A DNA stretch of 64,000 nucleotides from Octopus sinensis (GCF_006345805.1 NC_042999.1:103354001-103418000), one strand, 5' to 3'; counted from the first letter of the stretch, positions 25,820 through 38,699 are shown. The notes: generated from the letters alone by a model not told the origin. Numbers and translations are program-made.

Positions 25820-27640
25820 CCAAAGGCGAATAGCCGTGGACAATAGCAAGTCAAGCCAATTTCCACGTGAGTAAGCAGTCCTTCAGGCTGGTAATTGTCT
25901 ACACTCCTAACGAGCGTGGGAAGTCTGGGGTTTTTTTTCGAGACCTGGAGCACTTTCTAGTGACGTCAAAAACGGTAGTTCTAGTTGGGAACTTTAACAC
26001 TATCCTCGATGCGCAGGTGGATAGTGTTGGCTCAACTGATAGGAAAGGGAATCCTAGCCTCAAGGGAGACTGGATCAACCGAGCGTACCACAGTGGACGT
26101 GGAGTAACAGCGACGGCTCACTCAGATCGTACTTAGATAGGGTATTCGTTAGTTAAAGAGCTAAGGATACTTTTAGTTGTCCACAGTTTCACGTTGTGCC
26201 TTACACGGATCACAAATTCGTGACGTGTGAGGTGCATTTAGATACATGCCATAGATAGGGACCCAGGTACTGGAAGCTAAACAAGTCTATTTTGACTTGT
26301 GAAGACTTTCGTATCCGGATTAAGGTGTTAATGCAGAGGGCATTATGTGACACCACCATTAATAATACATGGTTCCATGCCCTGAAAAGTGCCATCCGTT
26401 TGGAGTCCATTAGATTTAGCAATCAGCTAAGTTTAGATTGGACTAGAATAGTGGGTGATTTAGTTAAGAACTTAGACGAGGTGATGGAATCTGGCTCTGC
26501 ATCTAGAGTGCTGCCGGCGAGAACGGTCTTGTACCGTCACCTCAACTCCAAGCACGAAGGTTGCAGAGTTAGAAGCTAAGCTACGTGCGGGGAAACGAGA
26601 GGGTGTTAACGTTGCCGGATGGTACAGGTGTTTATTGCATCTGTAATCACTTATCGCCTGACCGTTGTCTCTTGCTTCGATTCGTGGTTAAACAAGTTGG
26701 AACGGCTCCTTTTCTGTTTTTTGTGGAAGGGAGGAAAGCCACTTGTAAGGCTCTCCGTTTGCTGCCAGGAACCTTTAAAGGGTGGGCTAGGAATGTCTTG
26801 GCTAATGATACGCAGACATGCGTTGAGGCTGAGATATCTCTGGTGCCACCTGGAAGGAGATAAGGTGCGGAGTCCGCTGGCAGAGGAATTCTTCCCGCGA
26901 CCGGCCTCTATGGACAGATTTACACCCAGGTTCATAAAAAGACGTAATCTGACTGTGTGGCAGAAGGAGTGCTGACAAGCATTCACGTTGATCCACAAGA
27001 CTGGCAGCGGGAATACCACCTCGGTGTTCTATCGAGGGTTGGTAGCGGCTAAAAATGATGATGTCCTAGGAGGGGCTCAGGGGTTCGACGAGAACCAAAT
27101 AACCAAACTGTTTAAAAAGACTTTCAGGCCAGAGTATTTGGATAATTTCCAAAACTCCCTGACCTGGCAGTGCTACAGGATCGCTTTACCTGTTTGCGAT
27201 AAGTTATCTAGGCACGGAATGTCAGTGCCACCGATATGTCCAAGATGCGGGCTGGATGATGAAACCGTTCAGCACGCTTTTGTACAATGTCGGGAGCTTG
27301 TTAAGCTTGATAAATTATGTAAAACACGTATTGTCGCATCTGGGACGAGTACAGTTGTCGGCTGTAAAGATGGTACCGCCAACTGGACCCTCAAAGGAAG
27401 CTGAGGCAGTTTTTCACTGTACGGTTGCAGTATTGAAAGAGTGAGTATGGCGAACTAGAATGGAAGGTTTCGAGACAGGGTCCTTCGTCTCTGACCCCGG
27501 TTTTATAACCTACTTCAGATGTCATCTGAAGAGCAAGATGGGGTTGGAGAGGAAAACCCTGCCGCAGAGCGTGTATGAGAAACGTTAGAAGGATGTGATG
27601 AGAAAGGCGGGTGTCAGTAACCCAGCTTAATCATCGATGA
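25820..27640 (+). mobile_element. Tx1/L1-like ORF2 remnant: APE endonuclease plus C-terminal zinc domain, RT core deleted
   Basis: FRLVIVYTP, LVGNFNTILD, DHKFV, GPRYWKLNKSIL; then LFCFLWKGGKPLV...GGLG and CPRCGLDDETVQHAFVQC. No RT motifs between ~26600 and ~26650. Confidence 0.85.
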
Positions 27641-28181
27641 AGGAAGTAAATATAGTTTCTGGGCCTTACAGGCTGCTGGGTATGTATTCTGAGCTTATTT
27701 TATTTTATTTTAAAATTTAGAAATAGGATAGTCTACAGTCAATTAAATTATATAAATTTATATTAACATTTTTAAGGTTCATTCGAACTAAGATTAACAT
27801 TTTTTCTAATTGTTTCGTCCTACAATGTCCCATCTATGTAACGATTCAATAATCATAATAAAAATTAAGCTAGCAAGCCAAGCCTTTTCTTCTGTGACAC
27901 GTCGTTATCTTCAGTTTGCTACCCTGCGTTATGTGAGTCCGTTTCTGTCTGTTTCTTGTACATTTGTGTTATCTGTTAAATACCTTAACTGAATTTGAAC
28001 TGTTGTCTTTTGACAAACAGTAATTTCTGTTAATTTTTATTGAAATATTTTTGTGAACAGTTTATTTTTTATCCTTTGCGGGTTATTTTTTCTGAAAAAT
28101 GTTCTTGTCATTCGTGACAAGTTTTTTTAAAGAGTGTTAATATGGAATTTGACTTTTCGTTAAAAAAGGACTTTCCCTGAG

Positions 28182-28680
28182 ATGGGAAAAGGAAATACAA
28201 TCGTGAACCAGCAGGATACCAAGGAGAAACAGAGTTTTTCAGCCGCGACGGGCAGTAACGTTACAGAAGTTGAAGTAACTATGGACCAGCTTTTCAAGTT
28301 TAGAAACCTAATTTTAAAAAAGTGGAGCGGATATCAAGTTGTTGCCGCCCCCGAGACAGTACAAGCCATTAATGCGAAAACAGTTATGTACCAAGTCTAC
28401 AACATCAAAGAAAAACGTATAATGGAGGCAAAAAAATGAAGCAGTAGAAAAATGTAAGGCACCTTCTGGAATAGAGTACGCTACGTTAGCCGAGGATCAA
28501 GAAGCCCCACAATTGAGGCACATTTCGAGTCGGCTAGCGTAGCTAAGGCGGTGTCTACACAAACGTTGAAGAATGAAGAGATAATGCTGCTGTCCACTTA
28601 CTTGAGTCGCAGGAGCGCAAAAGTGACAGGGACGAGACCCCTGTAGGGTATGAGGTAATGTGGATTGCAGGAGAACCCAG
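28182..28680 (+). mobile_element. ORF1 (gag-like) N-terminal half, copy 3, frameshifted
   Basis: KTVMYQVYNIKEKRIMEAKK/EAVE then YVSRGSRSPTIEAHFESASVAK align to copy 1 RTVIYRTLFITTKRIEMATAEAVE and FYTRGKKYGTVEVRFASEQEA. Confidence 0.65.
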
Positions 28681-28684
28681 TCAT

Positions 28685-29045
28685 GACTGTCAGGCAATTT
28701 CTGCGACCACATCACCCCTAATATTTGGCCACCTAACTCCTCAGACTGCATCTACCTTGATTATTATGTGTGGGCGCAGTTGAGCGAAAGACCAGCAAAA
28801 CTCCTTTGTAATACCAAAGATGAGCTAAAAGCAAGGATTACGGCAACATTCATCAACTTTAAAAGCAGACCTTCCAGGAGCGTTACAGGAGATTCTGATG
28901 TTGTCTAGAGGCTGTGGCTGAAGCCAATAGCAATTTTAGTAAATAAATTTACTCTTTGATATTTCAAGATAATTTTAAGTAATTTTATTAAATAAAATGA
29001 GCTGTCGGTGTTATATTAATTTTTTGCCTAATTTAGATGACAATG
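28685..29045 (+). mobile_element. Tc1/mariner DDxD (maT-like) transposase 3' fragment
   Basis: LSGNFCDHITPNIWPPNSSDCIYLDYYVW...CNTKDELKARI resembles the WPPNSPD.NPLDY motif. Confidence 0.7.
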
Positions 29046-31509
29046 TATCCACTGCAGTGTTTATATACGTATCATATATGTGTGTGTTTGTATATATGCA
29101 TATATGTATATTCTGTGTGTGTGTGTGCGTGTGTGTAAGCTCTTTGTGTAGGTAGTAATTAACATGAGAATAAATTGTCAATAACATGGTAATAATAATT
29201 TACTTCTGAACCAGTCGGCTGTTAATCTGGAGTTTCCCGGGCGACCTGTTCAACAGACATGACTGAATGAAGGATAATATATTAATGCTAATTACTATAT
29301 TTAGATAGTAATCTATTTAGATAGTAACTTGGCCTTAAGATTGCAGTAAATACCGGCCTAAAAATAGCGATATTCTAGACATAATTTAAATACAGTCAAG
29401 CAAGCCCATATAATTTACAGAATGCAGAAGCCATTTATATTAATAATTGTTCTAATGGCCTAACTTCATAAAGTATATACTGGAGAATAGATAGGTGAAT
29501 CTCCAATTTATCTTCAAACAATGACATATCTGACAAAAGATCTCCCTACTATAACACAGTAGTGAAGAAAGTCAATTAATTTTCTTCAGCTGCTGTAGTC
29601 TTATTCAGCATTATTCTGAAGGATAGAAAGAAAGAATAACAGCTCATGATAGTGAAATGTACCTTGATAAATTCCTCCAAGAAACATCAAACAAATCACC
29701 GACATAAGGATACATACATACATACTAACGTACTACACTCATCACGTGATTGACAGATTCACCTTTTAATCTAGAGTATACAGAATGCTGGCTCTATTGC
29801 TTTGTTGATATTACATTTCACATAATTAGTCTTTAGGGTTAGCTCTTGCACTGCTCATATTCGGACTTCACACTCAACTTCAATGCCCGATTTATCTTGG
29901 CTATGCATTAATTTTTCATCTATGTGGCTTATACTGTTTCCTTCTTAAAATCGTAATTCTTTTCAATGCAACTTTCACTTTGCAAAACGCAATGTTAGTT
30001 TGCCTGCATCAGCCAAAATCATGCATTGTATTTTATATCAAGACGGTTAATACCGTTTATGCAGCTTGTTCACCTCTACCTCTAGGAAGAAAATTCTATT
30101 GACATCCCTTAAATTCAATGCATCATTCATAGGTATTACCATTCATATTTTGATACATATTTTCTAAATGCTTTCTTCTCTACATTTAATAATCTCAACC
30201 CATCGTTATTGTGTATACTGAGTGAATCTTGTTTCTTCTAAATTTTATTTATTTACTTTATAAAACCAACTTCAGCCTAATAAACTTTTCATTTAGTTTT
30301 CCCTTGGTCTAATATGTTTGACATATGCCAAAATATTTCAATGTCTCTCTTCATCTATCCCTCTGGTAACATTATTTTATCAGAAAACAAACTTTTTTCC
30401 CCGTAAAATCAACATGAAACTGTTCTTAATTGCGAAAACAATACCCCAATTTTTTACTGAACATACGAACAGTGTTTACTAGTGCAACTATTTTATCTAT
30501 GTTATTTCCTCATGTCTTAAAAGAGTTCATGACATACGATTTTTTGTCTTTTAGTCAGTCAGAAAGACCCTTTACAGGACCTCTGAAACTGATGAAGTAG
30601 GAAGAGTGTATCCTTCAGTCAGAAATTTGGCCCCAGTGCTTGCAGCAGTTGACTCCGCTAAAGGATCCCACGCTGCCAGGTGAAGGTGTTAAACTCGGGG
30701 TCGGGTTACGTCTACAATCATACAGACCATGGCGGGATTTGAAGTCAGAGCCGGATAAAATACTACTAGGTTTTTAAAATTTTACCATTCCACCGCCTCG
30801 GATTGGTACATTTTATGGACTCGAATGTATAAAATATAAAGTTGACTTTGACCACATTTGGATCTTCCTAAGTCACACCTAATACTTATTAGAGGTAGCT
30901 TAGACACAGCAAACAACAGTCGTGGTAAACGTAGATTCCGCTCTTTATTACAATCTCTTCCAGTATGTCTTCTGATGACGTATGTTCATACTTCTAGTAT
31001 TTATGTTTCATTCAATAAAGTTAGCGACATTGTTTTCCTTCCTGAAGAAATTCATGTATTCTCTTACCAATGAGTGAGGAAGTGAGTCATACGCTTTATT
31101 GTAATCGTATATTTCCTCTTACAATCCTTCAATATCATCTTGTCTATTTAAAATCTGTTCAATAGTTTCTCTGCTGTTTCTACCATTACTACTATTTTCT
31201 ACAACTGTTTGAAGAAATCAGTACATGCTACTACAATAATTCAACACAAAGTTTCCCACATCGCAGGAAAGCATCATATTAGGCAAACGTTATCAGTATC
31301 ATCATCATCATCATTATGATTGTGGAGTGGCTAGCTGGTTCAATCGTTAGCGCGCCTGACAAATTGTTTAGCGGCATTACATTCCGAGTTTAAATTTTTC
31401 GGAAATCAACTTTGCCTTTCACTCTTGGGGTTGATAAAATAAGTATCAGCTAATTGTTGGGCTTGTGCCAAAATTTGAAACATTATTATTATTACCATCA
31501 TCATCATCA

Positions 31510-31985
31510 TCATCATCATTATTATTATCATTATTATTATTATTGAATGAGAGAGCAGCGCATGCCTTAAAAATGAAACTGGGGTACAAATATACGAAGT
31601 CCAGCATACCCAACATGATTAACCTCTGATAAGGGTACACCAAGCACATGCATCACAAACGCAAGTGTGCGACACGGTGACCCCATCTCAAATTAATCGG
31701 TGCATTGCCTTGAAAGTGAGGCCAAGTTAGATTTTTTTCTGGTCTAGCAGTCCATCCCGCCCAAAAAGTTTCCTCAATAAAGGTTGTATGAGGATGATGA
31801 ACGAAACACCACTGTTTCCAATGGTAAATTATTCAAGCTCCTGCAATGGTCCTTTCTTGTGATCAGAGTTGCACATATCTTCAGCTACAAAAAGACATGC
31901 TCAAATGGTTAAGGTCAAGTATCTGACAAGCATATCTGTAGTATTGAGTAGAGCATTTGCTCTTGCCCAACTTGGTGTAACACCA
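31510..31985. repeat. Unclassified interspersed repeat abutting an (ATC)/(ATT)n tract
   Basis: Non-coding, moderate GC. A 29-nt piece (31934-31962) recurs with ~5 mismatches at 32892-32920, again next to (TTA)n. Confidence 0.4.
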
Positions 31986-32065
31986 ACACAAAAATGTACA
32001 TGTTAAAACTCCCAATGAGTTCAGATAAAAACATGAGAACCACTGTTTGGTTCTGCATCAGGATA

Positions 32066-32066
32066 A

Positions 32067-32116
<50 letters not shown>

Positions 32117-32750
32117 CATCATTATAATCTTCTTTCAATTCTGTTTCCATTTCTTGCCGAGTGTCCTCCTGACACCTAGAGCGGACACCAAACTCACTGT
32201 ATACATTGGTAGGCCATTAAAATAACCATACCAGTCTGTTCATTTACGAAGTCATATGATAGAGAAAAATGAGAAGAAAGATATAGAGAAAAAGGAAAAA
32301 TGAAAACATAAAAATAAAAAATGAATAAGTAAACAAAGAAAATAAAGGGGAGAAAAGGAAAGAAAATTCACGGCGACAATGCTCTTCTCAATACGTGTAA
32401 CGTACCAGTTAAAACAATCTTTTGCACTTCCTGCATGGATGGTAAGCCGGTGATCATTCTTAAGTAATTTTCAGTTCCTTTTTTGATCATTCCAAGTGCT
32501 CCTACAATCAGTAGTAGTTTAACCGTCTTGAGATGCCACAACTTTTCGATTTCAATTAACAAATCTTTATATTTTCTGAGCTTGTCAGATTCTTTTGCCC
32601 AGATATTATAATCACAGGGTATGCTCATGTCAATCAACAAACAAACTTTATTGTTTTGGTCTTTTACAACAATATCTGATTTATTTGCTTTTATGGTCCG
32701 ATCTGTACATACTGGGAAATCCCAAAGAATCGTTACATTTTATTTTGCTG
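32066..32750 (-). mobile_element. R4/Dong-like RLE-type LINE 3' end with (TAA)n tail
   Basis: LWDFPVCTDRTIKANKSDIVVKD...LIDMSIP...KYKDL.IEIEKLWHLKT...VGALG...GTLHVLRRALS*. 3' UTR, then (TAA)n on the element strand at 32066-32125. Confidence 0.85.
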
Positions 32751-32759
32751 GGTATGATA

Positions 32760-32880
32760 TAATGTGTGAGCTGTCCACAGCCAGCAGACTAAGGTGACAT
32801 TTGTTTACTGGTCATACTTCAAGAAGCCTGTGAAAAATTCTTGCAATTCCAAGCAATGTAGATTTTTGTAGCTGTTGTTA
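32760..32880 (-). mobile_element. Second R4/Dong-like extreme 3' tip
   Basis: Minus strand LQKSTLLGIARIFHRLLEV*, preceded by a short (TAA)n. Confidence 0.55.
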
Positions 32881-32949
32881 TTATTATTATTATCTGTGGT
32901 ATTGAGCAGAATAATTGCTCATATTTTATACCAAGTCAAAACATGTACA

Positions 32950-33031
32950 TTTCTTCTTCTTCTTCTTCTCTTCTTCTTCTTCTTCTTCTTCTTCTCTTCT
33001 TCTTCTTCTTCTTCTTCTTCTTCTTCTTCTT

Positions 33032-33092
<61 letters not shown>
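32950..33092. repeat. Compound microsatellite (TTC)n then (TTA)n
   Basis: Directly visible; explains the poly-S/L/F/K/R ORFs. Confidence 0.95.
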
Positions 33093-33093
<1 letters not shown>

Positions 33094-34143
33094 ATTGTAA
33101 AGTGGGGCTGGGATTGTCGTGCACGTGCTGCACAAAATATTTAGCGGCATTTCTTCTGGCTATACTTTCTAAGTTCAAATACCAACGGGGTTAGTTTTAC
33201 TTTCCATCTCTTCGGGATTGGTAAAATAAAGAATCCGGAGTTGATGTTATCTATTAACCCCCTCTCCCTAAAATTTCAGGCCTTGTTTTATATAGCCTAA
33301 TGGATTATTATCATTGTTTTTGTTGTTAAAAAAAAAACAGAAGTCCACATAAAACCCTTGTTTCTTTTCCATTTTAAGTAGTTTAAAATTATGGCATTAA
33401 TATTCTGAAGGTGACCGGGCAACTGCTGAGATAGTCCTTCTCACTTTATGAGCGCAGAGCAGGCTTTTATGTCCATTCAAAAAGTAATGTCTCGTAATAT
33501 TTTGCTGAAATTTCCAAAATGTTTTTAGTGGAATTAGAGGAGTGTAGTGGGTGTAGAACAAAATCTATCTCTAATTCCGTCATTAAAGAAATACGGTAGC
33601 AAATCAATGATCCACCTGCGAGTAATGAATGTTATACTATAAAATCGAAAGAAATGTTGCACTGACTTATAACGTATGAACGTCACTAACGATAACAACT
33701 ACGACAGTAAAAAAAATACAGGTAAAATTAGCAACAGTAACATACCACCCCAACTACAATAAATGTAACTAAGGAAACGACATGAAAATTAGCTTTTGTC
33801 GTCATCTTCAACAAATGGACCGAGACAACAACAAAAATTACACCAACGGTAACAACAACGAAAACAGTGCATCAAGAGAGAGTAACATCAGTGAGAGCAA
33901 CAACAGTAGTAACAATAACAACAACGAGAGCAAGAAAGCAAGAACAACTCATCCATCACCACGAATACAAAAAAAATACACGCCGTTTGTCAGTGTATTG
34001 GAGATATGTGCGAAGGACATATGCACGAAGCAATATGCGGTGTGAGAAAGCAAAGAAAGTATGCGGTGGTAGTTGAAGAAGAAATTTTTAAAAAGTGATA
34101 CATGCATGCCGATAATTATCCATTCATATACTTGTATTTAGCA

Positions 34144-34372
34144 GGCGGCGGGCTGACAGAAACGTTAGCGCGCCGGGCGAAATGCTTAGCGGTATTTCGT
34201 CTGCCGCTACGTTCTGAGTTCAAATTCCGCCGAGGTCGACTTTGCCTTTCATCCTCTTGGGGTCGATAAATAAAGTACCAGTTTAGTACTGGGTCGATGT
34301 AAACGACTTAATCCCTTTGTCTGTCCTTGTTTGTCCCCTCTATTTTTAACCCCTTGTGGGTATTAAAGAAAT
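34144..34372 (+). mobile_element. SINE family B, near full length
   Basis: ggcggcgggctgacagaaacgttagc...B-box-like gagttcaaattcc...ccttgtgggtattaaagaaat. Further copies at ~31330, ~33135, ~40963, ~48215(-), ~48860, ~51165 and ~56655. Confidence 0.9.
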
Positions 34373-34469
34373 ATATACTTGTATTTAGGGAAATTACTAT
34401 GTCAGGTGGCACTAAGAAATATATCACCTGAGATAAGCATGAATTGCTTTAGAATAATGTTGGAGGAGC

Positions 34470-34690
34470 TGGGGCGCGTGGCTTAGTGGTTAGGGTGTCA
34501 GCATCATGATCGTAAGATTGTGGTTTGGATTCCTGAGCAAAACACTTCATTTCACGTTGCTCCAGTCCACTCAGCTGGCAAAATTGAGTAACGCTCGATG
34601 GACTGGCGTCCTGTCCAGCTGGGGAACACATACGCCATAGAAACCGGGAAACCGAGTCCATGAGCCTGGCTAGGCCTTAAAAGGGCGCAT
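34470..34690 (+). mobile_element. tRNA-derived SINE family C
   Basis: A-box tggcttagtgg and B-box-like ggtttggattcc; body shared with the copy at 10602. Confidence 0.75.
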
Positions 34691-34924
34691 TTATTTTAAT
34701 GTTGGAGGGGTATGAGAAGATCATTAATACGAAAACAACGTCTCACAGGCCTGTCTGATTAAAAACTAACGGTGCAGGTGTTGTTCACATCAGGAAATAT
34801 ACAAGAGAACCCAATGCAAACCTAATAAGGGTTAAGTTAGTGTTAAAAAGTAGTAAGGAAGCTCTTTTACAGCCTACATAAGTAACTATTGTAATATCAC
34901 CAGCAAAAACCGTAGAAATTATTG

Positions 34925-35160
34925 GGTGTGTGGTAAGAAGCGCGCGCGTGTGTGTGAACATTTGTCCTCCACCACCGCTTGACAACTAGTGCTGGTGTGT
35001 TTACGTTCACGTAACTTAACAGTTCAGCAAAAAGTATCGATAGAATAAATATCAGGCTTAAGGGAAAAATAAGTACTGGGGTCAATTCATTCGACTAAAA
35101 AAACTCCTGAAGGAGATTCCCTGATATGACCGTAACATGATGGCGCTGAAACAAGTAAAG
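34925..35160 (+). mobile_element. SINE family A, internally deleted
   Basis: gtgtggtaagaagc is joined to the 3' body cgcttgacaac...tgctggtgtgtttac...ctgaaacaagtaaag. Confidence 0.7.
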
Positions 35161-35202
35161 GATAGGTAGATAGACAGATAGATAGATATGCACACACGCA
35201 TG

Positions 35203-35244
<42 letters not shown>

Positions 35245-35858
35245 TTTTATGTATCGATTAAATGAGTGTAATTGTACTTCATCTGTTAATTAATTAAATA
35301 AATAAATGAATAATGAAATTCAACAAGGAATCGAAAGCAAACCAATCACTTGCATCAGTGAATCCTCACGCTTGCTCTATGACGGTGGTGGCAGTGGACG
35401 TGTTTGTCATTTCTACCTCGATATCACAAATAATTTTTTTCCAATATCAATGTGCGATGTCGAGTTTTTGCAAGTTTTCCCTCTTTCATATATTAACATA
35501 TTTAACGTAATTAAAACGCAATTTCTCCTTGAGACCGATAATAAATGAAGGCATTGCTTCAGATTTCCTTGGTTATATCAGTCAAACGACTGTCTGCAGT
35601 GACGTCAATAGTTTTATGAATGCAAGAAAGCTGGACAAAAGATCGATCGATGATTTTGGAATAGATTCGGTTAGTAACATAATAGTAAAACCTCACATTG
35701 CAAGTACTATTTATACTTGACATGACAAGGATTATTTTTAAGAACTTCGGAAAGGTTCTTAGTACCATTTTCCAGAACTAAACATTGTTTTTCTAAATTT
35801 TTTCTATTGTTAGCATATTGTTTTAGTGGAGCATTTCTTTATTTCGAAGGAGTTGCTT

Positions 35859-35890
<32 letters not shown>

Positions 35891-36385
35891 TGTATGTATG
35901 TATGTATGTATGTATGTATGTATGTATGTACGTATGTATGTATGTATGTGTGTATGTATGCATGCATGTATGTATGTATATCTGTGTGTGTATGCATGTA
36001 CGTATATAGGCATGCATGAATGCTTGTCTGTGTATATATGCATACATTCACGTATGCCTGTAGACAGGCGAATGTTACGTTCATTTGTATAAGATATGTC
36101 ATGTTTAAAAATAGTTCTTGCTAATGAATGTACAGAGGAATACGTCAGCATTTTCAATATTCAGGCATGTATATATTAAGTCTATCATTACTTAGGAAAT
36201 CTGCTTATCTATCAAAATGTTCTCTGCCACATCCTTGTATCATTCCGCTGAATGCTACTAAGTCATATGCGTGCAACAGTGACATATACATACTCACATA
36301 CACAGACACTTAAACACATGCGTATGTGTGTGTGTGTCTGTGTGCGTGTATATATAAATATATGTGTGTATGTGTGTGTATACAA

Positions 36386-36432
<47 letters not shown>

Positions 36433-37165
36433 TAAGAGGGATCTTATAGCGTATTTATTTTCATCATTAGACTGAGGCCATTCTGTGGCATCACCATGAA
36501 GACTCTAGTCAAACGAAACGACTCCAGCAATTATGTTTTAAAGCCCGAGAATATTCTATAGTTCTCGTTTGTTGATCCGCTTGGTTACTGGGATGTCATG
36601 TCAAAACCGGTAACCAAGTGGTCGTGGTGGGACAGGCACAAAAATCTATGCACCTAGACATGAGGGTCTTTTGTGCAGTTTCTGCCGCCACTGCACAATA
36701 CTGTGGTGAACACAGGTATCGTGCAATGCAACCGAATATGGAAAACGGGATGAGATGATTTGCCACAGCTTTTTGAAACAGAGAAACTGGCACAGCTTAG
36801 TGGACTCTCGGATTGCATTGGAGACCTTGCTTTTGGTACTGGATGCAAACACACGCACACACACACTCGCATACACACACATGCACACACATACGTATGT
36901 ATATACAGAAATACACACATACAACTTTATTGTGTTAGAGGGAGAAAGAGACAAGGAGAGAGAGGAAGCGATAGAGAGAGGAAACAGGAGTGAGAGAGGA
37001 AGCATGAGAGAGAGAAAGGAAGTGGCAGAGAGAGAGAAAGGAAGTGGCAGAGAGAGAGAAAGGAAGTGGCAGAGAGAGAGATTGCAATTTATTAATTGAA
37101 TACGATCGTCATGAACACTTTCTCTCTCCTAATGCACTTAAAAATATGCTTACACACATAAACAC

Positions 37166-37223
<58 letters not shown>

Positions 37224-37454
37224 GTGTGTGTGTGTGTGTGAAAGGGAAGAGGATGTATGACGCAAAAAGAGAACGAGAAAAACATTAAAATGTCTTATGA
37301 TAAATAAGTTAGCGTCGAATCAGCGACGTCAAATAAGCAGTGCCAAATTGGCTCTCCCAAAACGTCTCATGCTTATATATTTATCTATTTTCTCACATAC
37401 ATACATACATACATACATACATACATACATACATACATACATTATTTTTATTTT

Positions 37455-38284
37455 ATGGCTGCCCCTCGTTATCGCGTATGGCCATCGCACGATGCTTAAC
37501 TGTTGCTGGTGCTGTGATCGAATGTGACTTTTTAGCCTAGCTAAAGATCTACAATGTCTTGTACAGAATTGGTAACTAATACCTTTACCGGTAATAGCCG
37601 GCTGTAGTTGTAACTGGGCTTCATGTACCTTTATATGTTGTTTAAGTCCTCCTGCCGAATTACACTCTGTTCCACATGCCCGACTGATATGATTAGTATG
37701 GTGTGTTACACCACCACCAGTGGCCGGGTTGTCACTCATCTGTCTCGCTTTATGACTACGAAGATGACTCTTGAGTCATACATACATAGACACACACATA
37801 CATACATACACACACACATACATACACACATACATACATACACACATACATACATACATACATTCCTACATATATTCCTACATACATACATGCATACATG
37901 CTAGTTGTCTACTCCTTATGCAAAGTCTGAACACCTCCTGTATCTACGCCGTAGCACAATCATGGCGTCTGATGTGGCTTTTTTAAACCAGACAACGTTC
38001 TGAAAAGACACCCACATAGATTGCACCTCCGATTTGGACCACCAAGAGCTACAGATAAGTTCTGCATTTTGTGGATCTTAAAATGTCTTTTGAGGCCTCC
38101 GTTGGATTTGCAAATCTTCTGGCATACGCTGCATTCAAAGGTGTACACAGACATATAGGCAGAATAGTTGATGGAGGTTCGTTTTTCATGCGTTCGCAGA
38201 TGAGTTTGAGGCCAGCACAAGACAGGCATGGTTTGTCACAGACTGTGCACACAAAAAGGTCATTGTCATTCACCTTCTCGATCG

Positions 38285-38290
<6 letters not shown>
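37455..38290 (-). mobile_element. RTE-like LINE 3' remnant(s) with 5-6 degenerate C2H2 zinc fingers
   Basis: CTVCDKPCLSCAGLK.HLRTH, CSVCQKICKSNGGLKRHFKIH, CNLCGCLFRTLSGLK.HIRRH, LKSHLRSH, ACGTECNSAGGLKQHIKVH, FCTRHCRSLARLKSHIRSQH. Ends AMAIRDNEGQP* followed by (TATG)n. No TGEKP linkers. Confidence 0.6.
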
Positions 38291-38315
<25 letters not shown>

Positions 38316-38351
38316 CATACATACATACATACATACATACATACATACATA

Positions 38352-38660
38352 GTTACTCTCTCCGGGTTACAAGTTCAGGTGTACATCTGTAAATATTGGG
38401 GCCCTGGGATATGTAACACACTGCCTAAATACCAATCTTGTGAAATTAGGCTTCCCAAAGCCAGAAAGGAGAAAGCTAATTCGAAGGCTACAGATCCAAT
38501 CCATCACCGAAACTGCAAAAATCTATAAAATTTTCCATAAGAATCGTAAGCAAAAATATCCTGTTCTTGATGTTGAAATTTCAGTGAAGGAACCTTGGAT
38601 CTAGGTTAGAAACGGGTTCTTTCTCTATAGGCAAGAAGTGTTGAAATAAACTGAATAATG
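38352..38660 (+). mobile_element. RLE-type LINE 3' end, copy 1, with (CATA)n tail
   Basis: IGALGYVTHCLNTNL.KLGFPKPERRKLIRRLQIQSIT; 3' end ggcaagaagtgttgaaataaactgaataatgac then CATA repeats. Confidence 0.75.
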
Positions 38661-38699
38661 ACATCCACACGTACATACATACATACACACATACATACA

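Noticed and set aside
29850-30520. Very old CR1-like RT remnant on the minus strand
   Set aside because: Only vague motif echoes, which cannot be supported by eye.
34470-34540. tRNA gene
   Set aside because: A- and B-box-like motifs are present but no cloverleaf, and the sequence continues into a SINE body seen elsewhere. The same applies to the family A and B heads.
37455-38290. Member of the octopus C2H2 zinc-finger gene expansion
   Set aside because: No TGEKP linkers, frameshifted, with an RTE-like terminus and microsatellite tail. Kept as TE-like, with the host-gene option noted in findings.
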